NCBI GenBank assembly: GCA_963664435.2
Contig: CAXXKM010000003.1
Coordinates: 32,001 to 96,000 of the forward strand
DNA length: 64,000 nucleotides
Direction: 5' to 3'
Origin: Longimicrobiales bacterium
GTDB taxonomy: Bacteria > Gemmatimonadota > Gemmatimonadetes > Longimicrobiales > Gaopeijiaceae
Shown: one piece after another, positions 30,731 through 40,494 of the stretch
How the letters are laid out: every line of letters begins with the position of its first letter
Numbering within the stretch: position 1 is the stretch's first letter
The notes under the pieces: model-generated
Seen by the model: only the letters and a program-made list of their open reading frames with translations
What the model was told of the DNA's origin: nothing
The model's database searches: none
Translations under genes and position numbers: made by a program

Positions 30731-33700
30731 CTAGCGAATGCCCGAGGACGAGGAGATTGTCCCGCCTGTCACCGCGCGCCTCACCGGACTGGTTTCATCG
30801 TCTTGCGGCTCGGTGCCCGGCTTGACGCGCAGGACGCCCTCGACCGGAAGGCGGAGCGCGGACGGATCGTCGCCGGGGCGCGGGCGGATGACCGTCCATT
30901 CCGCTCGCGTAGAGTGCAGCAGGCCATCCCATTGCGGTTCGACCGTCAGGCTGCCGCTCGACTGCCTGCTGGCCCGGATGCTGCCCTGGGTGACCCGCCG
31001 GTTCACGATTTCGCACCCCGTGCTGGTCAGACAGCTGTAGCGGATGTTGCCCTCGACGATGTACGAACTGGTGCCGGTGAACTCCACGGTCGCTACGCCG
31101 CTGGAGTACCGGAAGGAAATGCCGCCGCCCGAGGTGTCCGGAGTCCAGAATCCGGTCGGGAGGGTCTCGATCGTCTGCCCCGTCGTGTACGTCGTGTCGC
31201 TGCCGCCACCGTTGGTCCGTATCGTGACCCTTATCGCCGACGAGCAGTTGTTGCTCGTGTCCGATTCGCCGGAAACGGCGTCGACACATTCCCCGACATA
31301 GACGGTGCCCAACGGAGCACCGGCGTCGATCTCGATCAAGGCCTCGCCGCTCACTTCCTCGGACGGGTTCAGGGAAGGCACCGCAGCGGCGCCGACGTCG
31401 GTGTCGTTGGTGGAAATGGTCGCGTCGGCCGAAATCAGGGTCCGTACGAGGGTGGCCGCCGCCGCCTCGTCGCCTTGGTTGCGCACCGTCAGTTCGTACG
31501 AAAAGCTGCTTCCGCGCGACACCGTGACGCTCGATCTGGAGAGACTCACCACCAGATCGGGGCCGCCGGACCCGCCGACGGTCACGCGGACGCCCCGCGA
31601 GCAGTTGTTGGCCGTGTCGGATTCGCCGGACACCGCATCGATGCAGATGCCGAAGTAGAAGGAGCCTGCGGTCAGGTTCGCCACGGTCCCGGTAATCGTC
31701 CGGCTCTGCCCAGCGGCGAGGCCGGCGAAGGCCGTTCGACCGATCTCGTCGTCCGTCGTCGAGATTGTCGAGTTGCCTGACTGGTAGAGGCGGATCGTTG
31801 TGGCCGGCGCCGGCGCGTCGCCGGTGTTCCGGATCGTGAAATCGGCCTGAACCGACCCGCCGACCGACCCCGTCACCGAGGTCGGCGTGACATTGGTGAA
31901 CTCCAGATCCGGCGCGCCGGAACCCGTGACCGTCACCCTGACACCGGTCGAGCAGTTGTTGCCCGTGTCGGATTCGCCGGAAACGGCGTCGGCGCAAATC
32001 CCGAAGTAGAAGGTGCCGGAGGCTTGGCTCGACAGGTTGACCGTTCCGGTGATTGTCCGGCTCTGCCCCGCCGGAAGCCCAGAGGTTCGATCGCTCGCGA
32101 TCTCCGTGTCACTGGTCGATATGGATGGGTCGGACGATTCGTAAAGGCGGATCGTCGTGGCGGGCGCGGTCGCGTCGCCCGCGTTCCGAAGCGTGAATGC
32201 GGCCTGCACCGACCCGCCCGGCGACCCCGTCACCGATGTCGGGGTGACGCCGGTGAACTCCAGATCCGGCGCGCCCGCCGACTCCACGTCGACCCGGATG
32301 TCCTGCGCCGCGCTGAGGCCCTCGGGGTCCTGGGCTGTAACCGTGATCGTCGCGGTCCCGGGACTCGCAGCTGTGATCGTCACGGTCGAGTCCGACACCG
32401 AGACACCGGCCACCGTCCCGTTGGACGACGAGGCCGAGTAGGTCAACGCGTCCCCGTCAGGATCGCTGAAGTACCGCCCGGCGTTCACAGTGGCACGGCG
32501 GCCCGCTTCGATGGACTGGTCCGGGACGGTGCCCTCCGGGCGTGGCGGCCGGTTCGGCTGGGGCACCGTGACGCTCACCTGCTGGGTCGCCGTCGCCGGC
32601 TCGTCGTCACTCGCCGTGATCGTGACCGTGGCCGCTCCCGGTCCTTCCGCAATGATGGTGACCACGCTGCCCGCCACGCTCGTGCGCGCAACCGACGGGA
32701 CCGATGAGGCGGCCGTGTAGCTCAAGTCGTCGCCGTCAGGATCGCTGAACGAAGCGGACACGTCGAGGGTGGCCGACTGGCCCACCTCGATCATTTGCGG
32801 CTGAAGCGTTCCCACTGCCACGGGCGGCCGGTTGGACACCGTCACGCTCACCTGTTGAATCGCGCTTGCCGGCTCGTCGTCGCTCGCCGTGATCGTGACC
32901 GTGGCCGTTCCCTTTCCTTCCGCGGTGATCGTGACCACGCTGCCCGCCACGCTCGTGCGCGCAACCGACGGTGCCGATGAGGCGGCCGTGTAGCTCAGGT
33001 CGTCGCCGTCCGGGTCGCTGAACGAAGCGACCACGTCGAGAGTGACGGACTGGCCCACCTCGATCGTTTGCGGCTGAAGCGTTCCCACCGCAACAGGCGG
33101 CCGGTTGGGAACCGCGAACGGGAAGGACTGCGTGGCCGAGAGGCCCCCGGGATCGCGTGCGGTCACCGTCACGGTGGCACTGCCCTTCGCCAAAGCGGTG
33201 ACCGTGACCACCGAACCCGCAACGCTCACGCCCGCCACCTCGGGATCCGAAGGGCTCGCCGTGTAGGTGAGCGCTTCCCCGTCCGGATCCGTGAAGTACT
33301 CGGCCATGTCGACCGTCGCGATGGCGCCGACCCGCTCGGTAACGCCGGGCGGCGTGCCCCTCGGCTGAGGCGCCCGGTTGGGAACCGTGACCGTGAAGCT
33401 CTGCTGGCCCTGGAGCCCTCCGGGGTCACGGGCCGTCAGCGTGACCGAGGCGCTGCCGGGCGCAACCCCGGTTACGGTGACCGAGGTGCCGGAGACCGAG
33501 GCGGAGGCGACCGAAGGGTTCGACGACGCGGCCGCATAGACCAGCATGTCGCCGTTCGGGTCGTTGAAGCAGGGGGTGACGTGGGACGTCTCGCCGACAT
33601 GCACCGTCACCTCCGGGATCGGGCCGCAGGGATCCGGACCCAAGGGGTTCTCGCACGCCACCACCCAGAGTGCCAGCAGGATTGCCGTCCGAAGCGCGAA

Positions 33701-33774
33701 CCGGGCCGGACGCCTTCTAAGTACAGCCGCTACATATGTTTCGGGGGGGGGGGGGTAGCTGAAGCGAGGGTCAT
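30731..33774 (-). CDS. Surface lipoprotein with five Ig-like repeats and three CARDB-like domains; plausible ATG (33774) is out of frame at a C13 tract
   Basis: Lipobox 'VVAC', repeats 'F.DPDGD.L.Y.A.SS', CARDB 'PDL...GESDT.NNCS'; start uncertain (ORF track extends to GTG 33922). Confidence 0.8.
32561..33106 (-). repeat. Two near-identical tandem 273-bp (91-aa) Ig-domain repeats
   Basis: 'NRPPVAVGTLQPQ.IEVGQS.TLDV.ASFSDPDGDDLSYTAASS' starts at 33106 and 32833. Confidence 0.9.
33743..33755. repeat. G13/C13 homopolymer in the 5' end of the Ig-repeat gene
   Basis: TC-GGGGGGGGGGGGG-TAG seen directly. Confidence 0.95.
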
Positions 33775-33928
33775 GTTGTGGTCCAGTGGTGGCAAACGAC
33801 GCTTGGTGGTCCGGGGGTGGCGCAACGCCCCCAAACCGGTACCCACTACAATCTACAAGCACTCGGTGGGCTTCGCATCTTGTCGCCCGCGAACGACCCC
33901 GGCCCGGATCGGATCGGCGCACCGTCCA

Positions 33929-36022
33929 TCAGGGGCGAATGATCCCCACCACCCGGCCATGCCGGTCGCGGACCTCGATGGGGCCGCGGATCACGTCTTC
34001 GCCGAGAGGGACGGCGCGGCTTCGATGCGCACGCAACGCGGCCGCGCCCGGAAGACGGTAGGCGTCGGCGAGGTCCGTTCGCGCGGCGTACCCCATATCC
34101 GAGAGCGACGCGATCGTTACCGCGCTGAGGGGCATCACGGGCTCGGCGCTCGGATTCATCAGTTCGTTGCCGAATACGTTCTTGCGCCAATGCACGTCGT
34201 CCCTGCCGCGGCGGATCCCCTTGTTCTCCACCGGGACCTTGGAACCGGCGGTGTAGGAGGTCCCGCCCGCTTCGTCGAACGCCCGGATCGCAAGCGCTCC
34301 CGCGAAATGCGTGTCCACCTCCCGCTCCACAGGCAGCGATGGATTGCGCAGGAGCCCGAACCCGTCCCACAACGGGCCGATGCCGAGCACATGGCCCATC
34401 TCGTGGAGAATCACGGATTCCAGAATCCCTTCCGCCTCCATCCAGGCCATGTCCGCCGCGTCAAACTCCATCACGCCGAACCATGGAAGCATCGATCCCG
34501 CGCGAGTCCCGCACGGTCCGGCTCGACCGATCGTCCCGCCGACGCCGTCTATCTCCTCGACTGACGCCACGATCATCAGGTCATCGACGACACTCACGTC
34601 TTGCTCGTGCGTCCTGGCCGGGGATCGGCACGTGACAACGCCTTCCGGCACCGGCATGTCCGGCAACTCCGTGTCTTCCAGTATCTCCATCCACCGCGCC
34701 GCCATTCTCTGGAACGCCTTCTCTTGCGCGGCCGTCAGCACCGTGGCGAAGCGGATTTCGATCTGGAAGGACCTAGGGTCCCCGGGGCCGCCTGCCACCG
34801 TCGCTTGGAAGGACAGCGCGGCCGATAAGTCGCCCGAGTCTGAAGCCAGGACGGTGACCGTGACCCGCCCCTCGCGCACTCCCCAAAGCAGCAGGGTCTC
34901 TCCACGCACCTCCACCGACGCGACCGCAGAGTCCGAAGACGATGCCACATAGGTCAACGTGTCCCCGTCCGGATCCGAGAAGCGGCCCGCAAGATCCAGC
35001 CGGATCGTATCGCCCGCACCCAAATCGACATCCGGCAGGGCACCGGTCGTAATCGGTGCCCGGTTCCGAGCTTCCGCGCCGAACATGTGAGCCGCCGTCA
35101 GGCCGTCGGGGTCGCGCGCGGTCACCGTGATCGCCGCCCGCCCCGCCCCGAAAGCGGTCAGGCGCACGGACTCGCCCAAGACGGTCGCCGCAACCGCGCC
35201 GGGACTCGACGACGACGAAGCGTAGCGCAGCGGCTCTCCGTCTGGATCGGCGAAAAACGGCGCAAGGTCGATCACGCGCGTCTCTCCGCGCCGCATGACT
35301 TGACCCTCGATCACGCCCAGCGCGACCGGTTCCCGGTTGGGTACCTCGAAACCGAACACCTGAACAGCCGCCAGGCCCCCGGGATCCGTCGCCGTGACGG
35401 CGACGGAGGCGGTGCCCCTCGCCCGCGCCGCCAACGTCGCCCGATTGCCCGAGACGGCCACGCCCGCGACTTCGGCGTCCGAGACCGTCACCCGGAAGCG
35501 AAGGTGCTCGCCGTCCGGCTCCTCGAACCAGGACGCAAGATCGACGACTACCTCCGCGCCCGCCTCGACCCTTTGCTCCGGGACCGTGGCCACTGCCCGC
35601 GGCGCCCGGTTCGGCACGACGACCTCGAAACTCTGCTGATCTCCAAGCCCCGCCGGATCGGTGGCCGTCAGCATGACCGTCGCGGTGCCCGGGGCGATGG
35701 CGCGCACCGTCACCTCCGCCCCCGCAACCGAGACCGTGGCCACCGAGGGGTTCGATGACCCGACCGCGTAACTCAACGCATCGCCGTTCACGTCATTGAA
35801 GCAGGCGGTGACGCCGGACGTGTCCCCCACGTGGACCGTCAACTGGGGCAGCGCACCGCAAGCCGCGGGCGCCAGTGGGCTATCGCACGCGGCGACCAGT
35901 ACCCCGAGGGCGAGGACGACCCATGCTTGGGAGCGCATGCTGCCTCGAAATCTCCTCCGGGAAGGCGAGCGAGGGAAGGACAATGGCAAGGGAAGGACAA
36001 TGGCAGGCTCCGTCCGCGCCAT
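33929..36022 (-). CDS. Surface lipoprotein with four Ig-like repeats and a C-terminal leishmanolysin-like (M8-type) Zn metalloprotease
   Basis: Lipobox 'VAAC', Ig repeats, 'ILHEMGHVLGIG', distal 'HW' and 'ELM' Met-turn; start 36022 or 35938. Confidence 0.82.
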   Translation of the reverse strand: MARTEPAIVLPLPLSFPRSPSRRRFRGSMRSQAWVVLALGVLVAACDSPLAPAACGALPQLTVHVGDTSGVTACFNDVNGDALSYAVGSSNPSVATVSVAGAEVTVRAIAPGTATVMLTATDPAGLGDQQSFEVVVPNRAPRAVATVPEQRVEAGAEVVVDLASWFEEPDGEHLRFRVTVSDAEVAGVAVSGNRATLAARARGTASVAVTATDPGGLAAVQVFGFEVPNREPVALGVIEGQVMRRGETRVIDLAPFFADPDGEPLRYASSSSSPGAVAATVLGESVRLTAFGAGRAAITVTARDPDGLTAAHMFGAEARNRAPITTGALPDVDLGAGDTIRLDLAGRFSDPDGDTLTYVASSSDSAVASVEVRGETLLLWGVREGRVTVTVLASDSGDLSAALSFQATVAGGPGDPRSFQIEIRFATVLTAAQEKAFQRMAARWMEILEDTELPDMPVPEGVVTCRSPARTHEQDVSVVDDLMIVASVEEIDGVGGTIGRAGPCGTRAGSMLPWFGVMEFDAADMAWMEAEGILESVILHEMGHVLGIGPLWDGFGLLRNPSLPVEREVDTHFAGALAIRAFDEAGGTSYTAGSKVPVENKGIRRGRDDVHWRKNVFGNELMNPSAEPVMPLSAVTIASLSDMGYAARTDLADAYRLPGAAALRAHRSRAVPLGEDVIRGPIEVRDRHGRVVGIIRP

Positions 36023-36264
36023 GCAAGTCGCTCGCGGAACGTCAGTCGCGCGGCTCACGCCCTCCCCTCTTCTATCGCCAAGCTGATCTGTCCGCAGCGG
36101 TCGCCGAAGACACCGGAGGTCGGCCCTTGAAAGCATGATCCGGGTCGCCGGGGCCAGCCCCGCCAGCGGCTCGGATGGCCGCATACTCCGAAACCCGGGC
36201 GGGGCAGACGGCGTAAGGATACGAGGCGGCTTCGTCCGCAAGGGCCGGATCCCCGGTGGGCCAG

Positions 36265-36296
36265 CGGCGAACGCAACGGTTCGCCGGGGTTTTTTT
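36265..36296 (+). terminator. Intrinsic-terminator-like hairpin
   Basis: CGGCGAAC-gcaacg-GTTCGCCG followed by GGG and T7; no + strand gene directly upstream. Confidence 0.45.
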
Positions 36297-36657
36297 GGCG
36301 CTCCCGCCTCTAGAGCCGTACTGAAACGCGCAAACGACATGGGGGGTCAATGCGCACCTTGGCGATCCGGCGCTACGCACCGGCCTTCCCGCTTATCCGC
36401 TGGCGCGGCAACGCTTTTCGGCCTCGCCGCCCGTGCGCCCGTGGCGCACTGGCCGCTCAAGGCGTGACCGTAGCGACCCGGCAGTCCGAGGGCCTGCTAC
36501 GGGTTCGGGGGCAGGTGTGTTTGCGCACCCCTTCCCCGACCCCTTACGGGTCGCTACCGAACCAGCGATCCCTGCGGGAAGGCAGTACAGCCCCCGTCCC
36601 GGTGCTTGTCTGCACTCGAGCACCGAACCCGTCGCCGCCGGGAACGTCAATCGGGGC

Positions 36658-37113
36658 TCAGAACGAAATGTAACCGCCCATTTGGAAGAGCACGATGTTG
36701 GTATCGTCGGACCCGTCTCCGACGTGGAGGATGAAGCGCGCTCCGTAGCGCCGTCCGAACGTCAGGCTCGCACCGGCGGTCGGCGAAACGCCTCCGCCGT
36801 CGTACTCGATGCCCGCGCGCAACGCCGGGCGAACGACCCAACCGGAACGCCCGAGGAGGACCGACGCGCCGATCCGGTTGGCGGACCCGGCCAAGTCGGC
36901 GCACCGGTAGTGCTCCACCATCCCGTACAGCGACACCGGCCCGGCGACGCGCCCGCTGACGCCGACGTAGTGTCCGGGACACGCGACGCTGTTGCCGCCG
37001 ACGATCCCGGCTTCGAGAACGAAACGGCTCGGCACTTCCCGTGCCTCGTCCGTTTCCTGCGCCTGAACCTGCGAAGGCACCAGAGCCAGACAAGCCAGCA
37101 GCAGCTTTCGCAT
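36658..37113 (-). CDS. Small exported outer-membrane beta-barrel-like protein
   Basis: Signal peptide 'MRKLLLACLALVPSQVQA', RBS AAGGAG, C-terminal 'GYISF'. Confidence 0.7.
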   Translation of the reverse strand: MRKLLLACLALVPSQVQAQETDEAREVPSRFVLEAGIVGGNSVACPGHYVGVSGRVAGPVSLYGMVEHYRCADLAGSANRIGASVLLGRSGWVVRPALRAGIEYDGGGVSPTAGASLTFGRRYGARFILHVGDGSDDTNIVLFQMGGYISF

Positions 37114-37428
37114 CTCGATGCTCCTTCCGCCGGTTCACGTGCTCCGGAGGTGGCCATTCCCTCCGGCCGGGTCCCTGTCGCTACCACCCGCCAGGAATGC
37201 TCGCCGCACTCGGCTTCGTTGACAAGCAGTATCCGCGAGGGAGCGGGTAGCGACCCGTCCCGGCGTTCCATGCGAACTCCGCGAGCCGGTCGGCGAGTCG
37301 CGGCGCTTCCCGATTCTCGACTTCCGGGCCATGATTCGTGGTGCTTGCGGACGGGCAGCTCCGAGAGCTGTTCGCCCTCCTCAGGCCGCCAGGGCCGCGA
37401 AGCTGTTGTCCCTAATCGTGAGAACCGA

Positions 37429-38472
37429 ATGGAATCCACAAAGGGCTTGCTCGGAGGGGCGCGATTGATCTGCGGACTGCTCGTGTCGCTCGTTGCCGGA
37501 TGCGTCACGGGACCCGGCGAGGCGGAACCGGTTGTCGGCCTGATCACCAAGACCGAGGACAATCCGTTCTTCGTGACGATGAGGGAGGGCGCAATCGAGC
37601 GCGCCGGTGTACTCGGCGTCGAACTGCGCGCCTTCGCCGGGAGATTCGACGGGGACACGGACACTCAGGTTCGGGCCATCGAGAATCTCCTGGCCGCGGA
37701 CGCGAGGGGGATTCTGATCACGCCGTCGGATCCCGTGGCGCTGCTGGACGCGGTCGATCGGACGCGGCGGGCCGGCGTGCTCGTCATCGCGCTCGACACG
37801 CCCTTCGATCCGGCGGACGCGGTGGACGGAACGTTCGCCACCGACAACTTCCGGGCCGGGGAGTTGATCGGCATGTGGGCTCGGGGCCGGCTGGGTGCTT
37901 CCGCCGCCGACGCGAGGATCGCTACGCTGGACGGCGCGGGGACGCAGGTCACGGTCGAGGTCCTGCGCAACCAAGGCTTCCTCGACGGCTTCGGCATCGA
38001 CATCAAGGACCCGAACAGGATGTACGACGAAGACGACCCCCGCATCGTGGGGAGCGCCCCCACCATGGGCACCGAGGAAGGCGTGCGAGCCGCCATGGAA
38101 CGCCTGATGCGGGATGATCCGGCGATCAACGTGGTGTACGCGATCAATGAACCGGCCGCCGCCGGAGCCTCCGCGGCGCTCCGGGGGCTGGGCGTGCAGG
38201 ACGATGTTCTCATCCTCACCATCGACGGTGGCTGCGAAGGTGTCCGGAACGTGGCGGCTGGCGAGATCGGGGCCACGTCGATGCAGTATCCACTGAGAAT
38301 GGCCTCCCTAGGAATCGAAGCCGTTGTAGAGTTCCTGACAACGGGCGCAAGGCCTGAGAACACGCCCGGCCTGGATTTCCACGACACGGGCGTAACCCTG
38401 GTCACCGACGAGCCGGTTCCGGGGATCCCGTCCATCGGCGCTGAACAGGCGTTGAACGAATGCTGGGGATGA
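37429..38472 (+). CDS. Sugar ABC transporter substrate-binding lipoprotein (FrcB-like), orphan
   Basis: Lipobox 'VAGC', 'LITKTEDNPFFV', 'ATDNFRAG', 'DGGCEGV', ends 'CWG'. Confidence 0.9.
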   Translation: MESTKGLLGGARLICGLLVSLVAGCVTGPGEAEPVVGLITKTEDNPFFVTMREGAIERAGVLGVELRAFAGRFDGDTDTQVRAIENLLAADARGILITPSDPVALLDAVDRTRRAGVLVIALDTPFDPADAVDGTFATDNFRAGELIGMWARGRLGASAADARIATLDGAGTQVTVEVLRNQGFLDGFGIDIKDPNRMYDEDDPRIVGSAPTMGTEEGVRAAMERLMRDDPAINVVYAINEPAAAGASAALRGLGVQDDVLILTIDGGCEGVRNVAAGEIGATSMQYPLRMASLGIEAVVEFLTTGARPENTPGLDFHDTGVTLVTDEPVPGIPSIGAEQALNECWG

Positions 38473-38797
38473 CCGTCGACGTGGCCGAGTCCTTAAGGCG
38501 TCGCAGTCTGCCTTCCTGCAAGGATTGATGGCCGGGAGTGACCCCGAGGCGGGGGTGGGATGGCGTGCACATCCCAACCATCGCCGTGGCGTGTGAGGCA
38601 TGCCGAACACCGGGGTCACTCCCGCCACGGCCGCACACTCTGGAACGGCACCGCCGTTCGTGCGGCCGTGGTGCAACCGCAACGCGGGCAGCCACATACG
38701 GAGTCCTTGCCCGCGCACATGGACTCGGTGATTCCGTGCACATGCACCCCGATGTCGATGTGCACGCGCGGTACGCCACCGGCCGGCCGATCAGAAG

Positions 38798-38887
38798 TCA
38801 AAGTCTCAAGCGCATGTAGGCATGCTCCTCGCGCACGCCGATCGTGCGGGTCCTGCGCTCGGCCTCGGGTTTCCGGGGACGAACCAT
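38798..38887 (-). pseudogene. Truncated MobC-like N-terminal stub
   Basis: 'MVRPRKPEAERRTRTIGVR' after RBS GGGGAGG, same position relative to the oriT-like hairpin as mobC in element 1; stops after 29 codons. Confidence 0.55.
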
Positions 38888-38929
38888 GTCCGGGCGGCCT
38901 CCCCTTGGTGGCGCGCGGAACGTCGTTGC

Positions 38930-38988
38930 GGGGGTCCGGGGGATACCCCCGGCCAGAGGTTTTCGTGAAACAAAAACACATCTGGCTC
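38930..38988 (+). promoter_or_regulatory. Putative oriT 2 (orphan)
   Basis: CCGGGGG-ata-CCCCCGG hairpin then GCCAGA-GGTTTTcgtgaaacAAAAAC-ACA-TCTGGCT; same architecture as oriT 1. Confidence 0.6.
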
Positions 38989-39227
38989 CACGGAAACCCC
39001 GCAAACGCGGGGCAGAGTCTCGACCCACCGAGCGGCCGCTCACCCCCACGACGGCGACCGCAACCACCCAACCAGTCGTGATCGCGCCCTCGGCGGGGGC
39101 GGGTCGCGCATATACGCACCTCCCCCGGAAAGGTAACGCATCGGTCCGGGCACGACTGGCGGAGGAGCTTTCTCTCCGCGACCTTTCGTTCGCGCAGATC
39201 GTGCGGTCCATCACCGAGAGGAATCGA

Positions 39228-40391
39228 ATGATGGCACGCACGAAACGAAGTCGGCGCTCCTACGGCGCCGGTGAATGGGGCCGGAACCGGGTCAGGGTGT
39301 TCCCCGACCGGAAAACCGGCCTCTACCAGATAGAGTGGCGAGAGAACGGGCGAAGGCTCACCCGGTCGCTTGGACATCGCGATTGGGCTCGCGCGAAGCG
39401 GCAGGCCGACGAGGCCGCCGCCGATTTCGCGACGCCGGAGATGAACGGCAAGAAGGACGCCGAGCCCGAGCCGCTCACTCTGGGTACGCTTTTTGAAATC
39501 TACGGAGAGGAGGTGACGCCCTCCAAAACGGAGCGGGTCCGGTGCCGGGACAGGACCGCGACAACCATGTTCCTCCAGTTCTTCGGCGGGGACCGGGACC
39601 CGGCGACTCTGTCGCGGCGCGATTGGGACCGGTTCATCCAGGAGCGCCGCGCCGGGAGGATCGGCCCCAGCGGCAAGCCCGTGTCCGACCGGATGGTCGA
39701 ACACGACCTGACGTTCCTGGTCGCGGTCCTCAACTGGGCCGCAAGGTCTAGGGACGACCGGGGCCGCCTGCTCCTCGACAGGAATCCGCTGAAGGGCCTC
39801 AGGAAGCCCACGGAGAAGAACCCCAACCGGGTCGTCCTCACCGACGACGAGTACCGGGCGCTGCTCGGGGTCTCTCGGCGGGTCGATTGGCGATTCCACG
39901 TCGCGCTGGTGCTCGCCCACGAGACGGGGCACCGGATCGGGGCGATCCGTCAACTGAGGTGGACGGACATCGACCTTGAGGGCAGGACCATCCGGTGGAG
40001 GGCCGAGCACGAGAAGACCGGTTACGAACACACCACGCCGGTGACCGACGAGGCGGTCGCGGCCTTGGAGGAGGCACGGAGCTTGGGCGCGGGAACGGGC
40101 GACGCTCCAGTGCTGCCCGCGGCGGAGGATGCCTCCCGGTGCATGGGCCGCGCATGGGCCTACCGCCTGTGGTGCAGGGCGCAGACCCTCGCGGGGCTGG
40201 AGCCGAAGCGGGGGCGGAGTTGGCACTCGCTGAGGCGCAAGTTTGCCAGCGACCTCATGGAACTGCCGCTCAAGGTGCTCTGCGAGCTTGGCGGCTGGAA
40301 GAACGCACACACGGTGCTCAGGTGCTACCAGAGGCCCGACGCGGGACGGCTCAGGACGGCTCTGGAAAGCCGCCCGAGGGCTCGCGCCTGA
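39228..40391 (+). CDS. Tyrosine recombinase/integrase 2 (close paralogue of integrase 1)
   Basis: MMARTKRSRRSY start, 'ETGHRIG', 'HSLRR', 'GGW', 'RCY'. Confidence 0.93.
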   Translation: MMARTKRSRRSYGAGEWGRNRVRVFPDRKTGLYQIEWRENGRRLTRSLGHRDWARAKRQADEAAADFATPEMNGKKDAEPEPLTLGTLFEIYGEEVTPSKTERVRCRDRTATTMFLQFFGGDRDPATLSRRDWDRFIQERRAGRIGPSGKPVSDRMVEHDLTFLVAVLNWAARSRDDRGRLLLDRNPLKGLRKPTEKNPNRVVLTDDEYRALLGVSRRVDWRFHVALVLAHETGHRIGAIRQLRWTDIDLEGRTIRWRAEHEKTGYEHTTPVTDEAVAALEEARSLGAGTGDAPVLPAAEDASRCMGRAWAYRLWCRAQTLAGLEPKRGRSWHSLRRKFASDLMELPLKVLCELGGWKNAHTVLRCYQRPDAGRLRTALESRPRARA

Positions 40392-40494
40392 GATTTCGCA
40401 ATCGGCGGGAATCAAACAGCGGTAATTTCGTCCGCCGAATACCTAACACAAACAGGCACAACACGATACAAACTTCATAGTGCTTGCTGGACAC

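Larger units (their letters stand above)
27469..40494. mobile_element. Second integrase-encoding element inserted in the IS1595 transposase gene
   Basis: 7-bp direct repeat TGGACAC at 27469-27475 and 40488-40494; integrase 3' end ~100 bp from the right junction; removal restores the transposase frame. Confidence 0.88.

Noticed and set aside
29567..31780. Long shadow ORFs (e.g. 29567-31780 +, 49507-51468 -, 61952-63925 -, 38616-40415 -)
   Set aside because: Antisense or alternate frames of real high-GC genes, with no motifs
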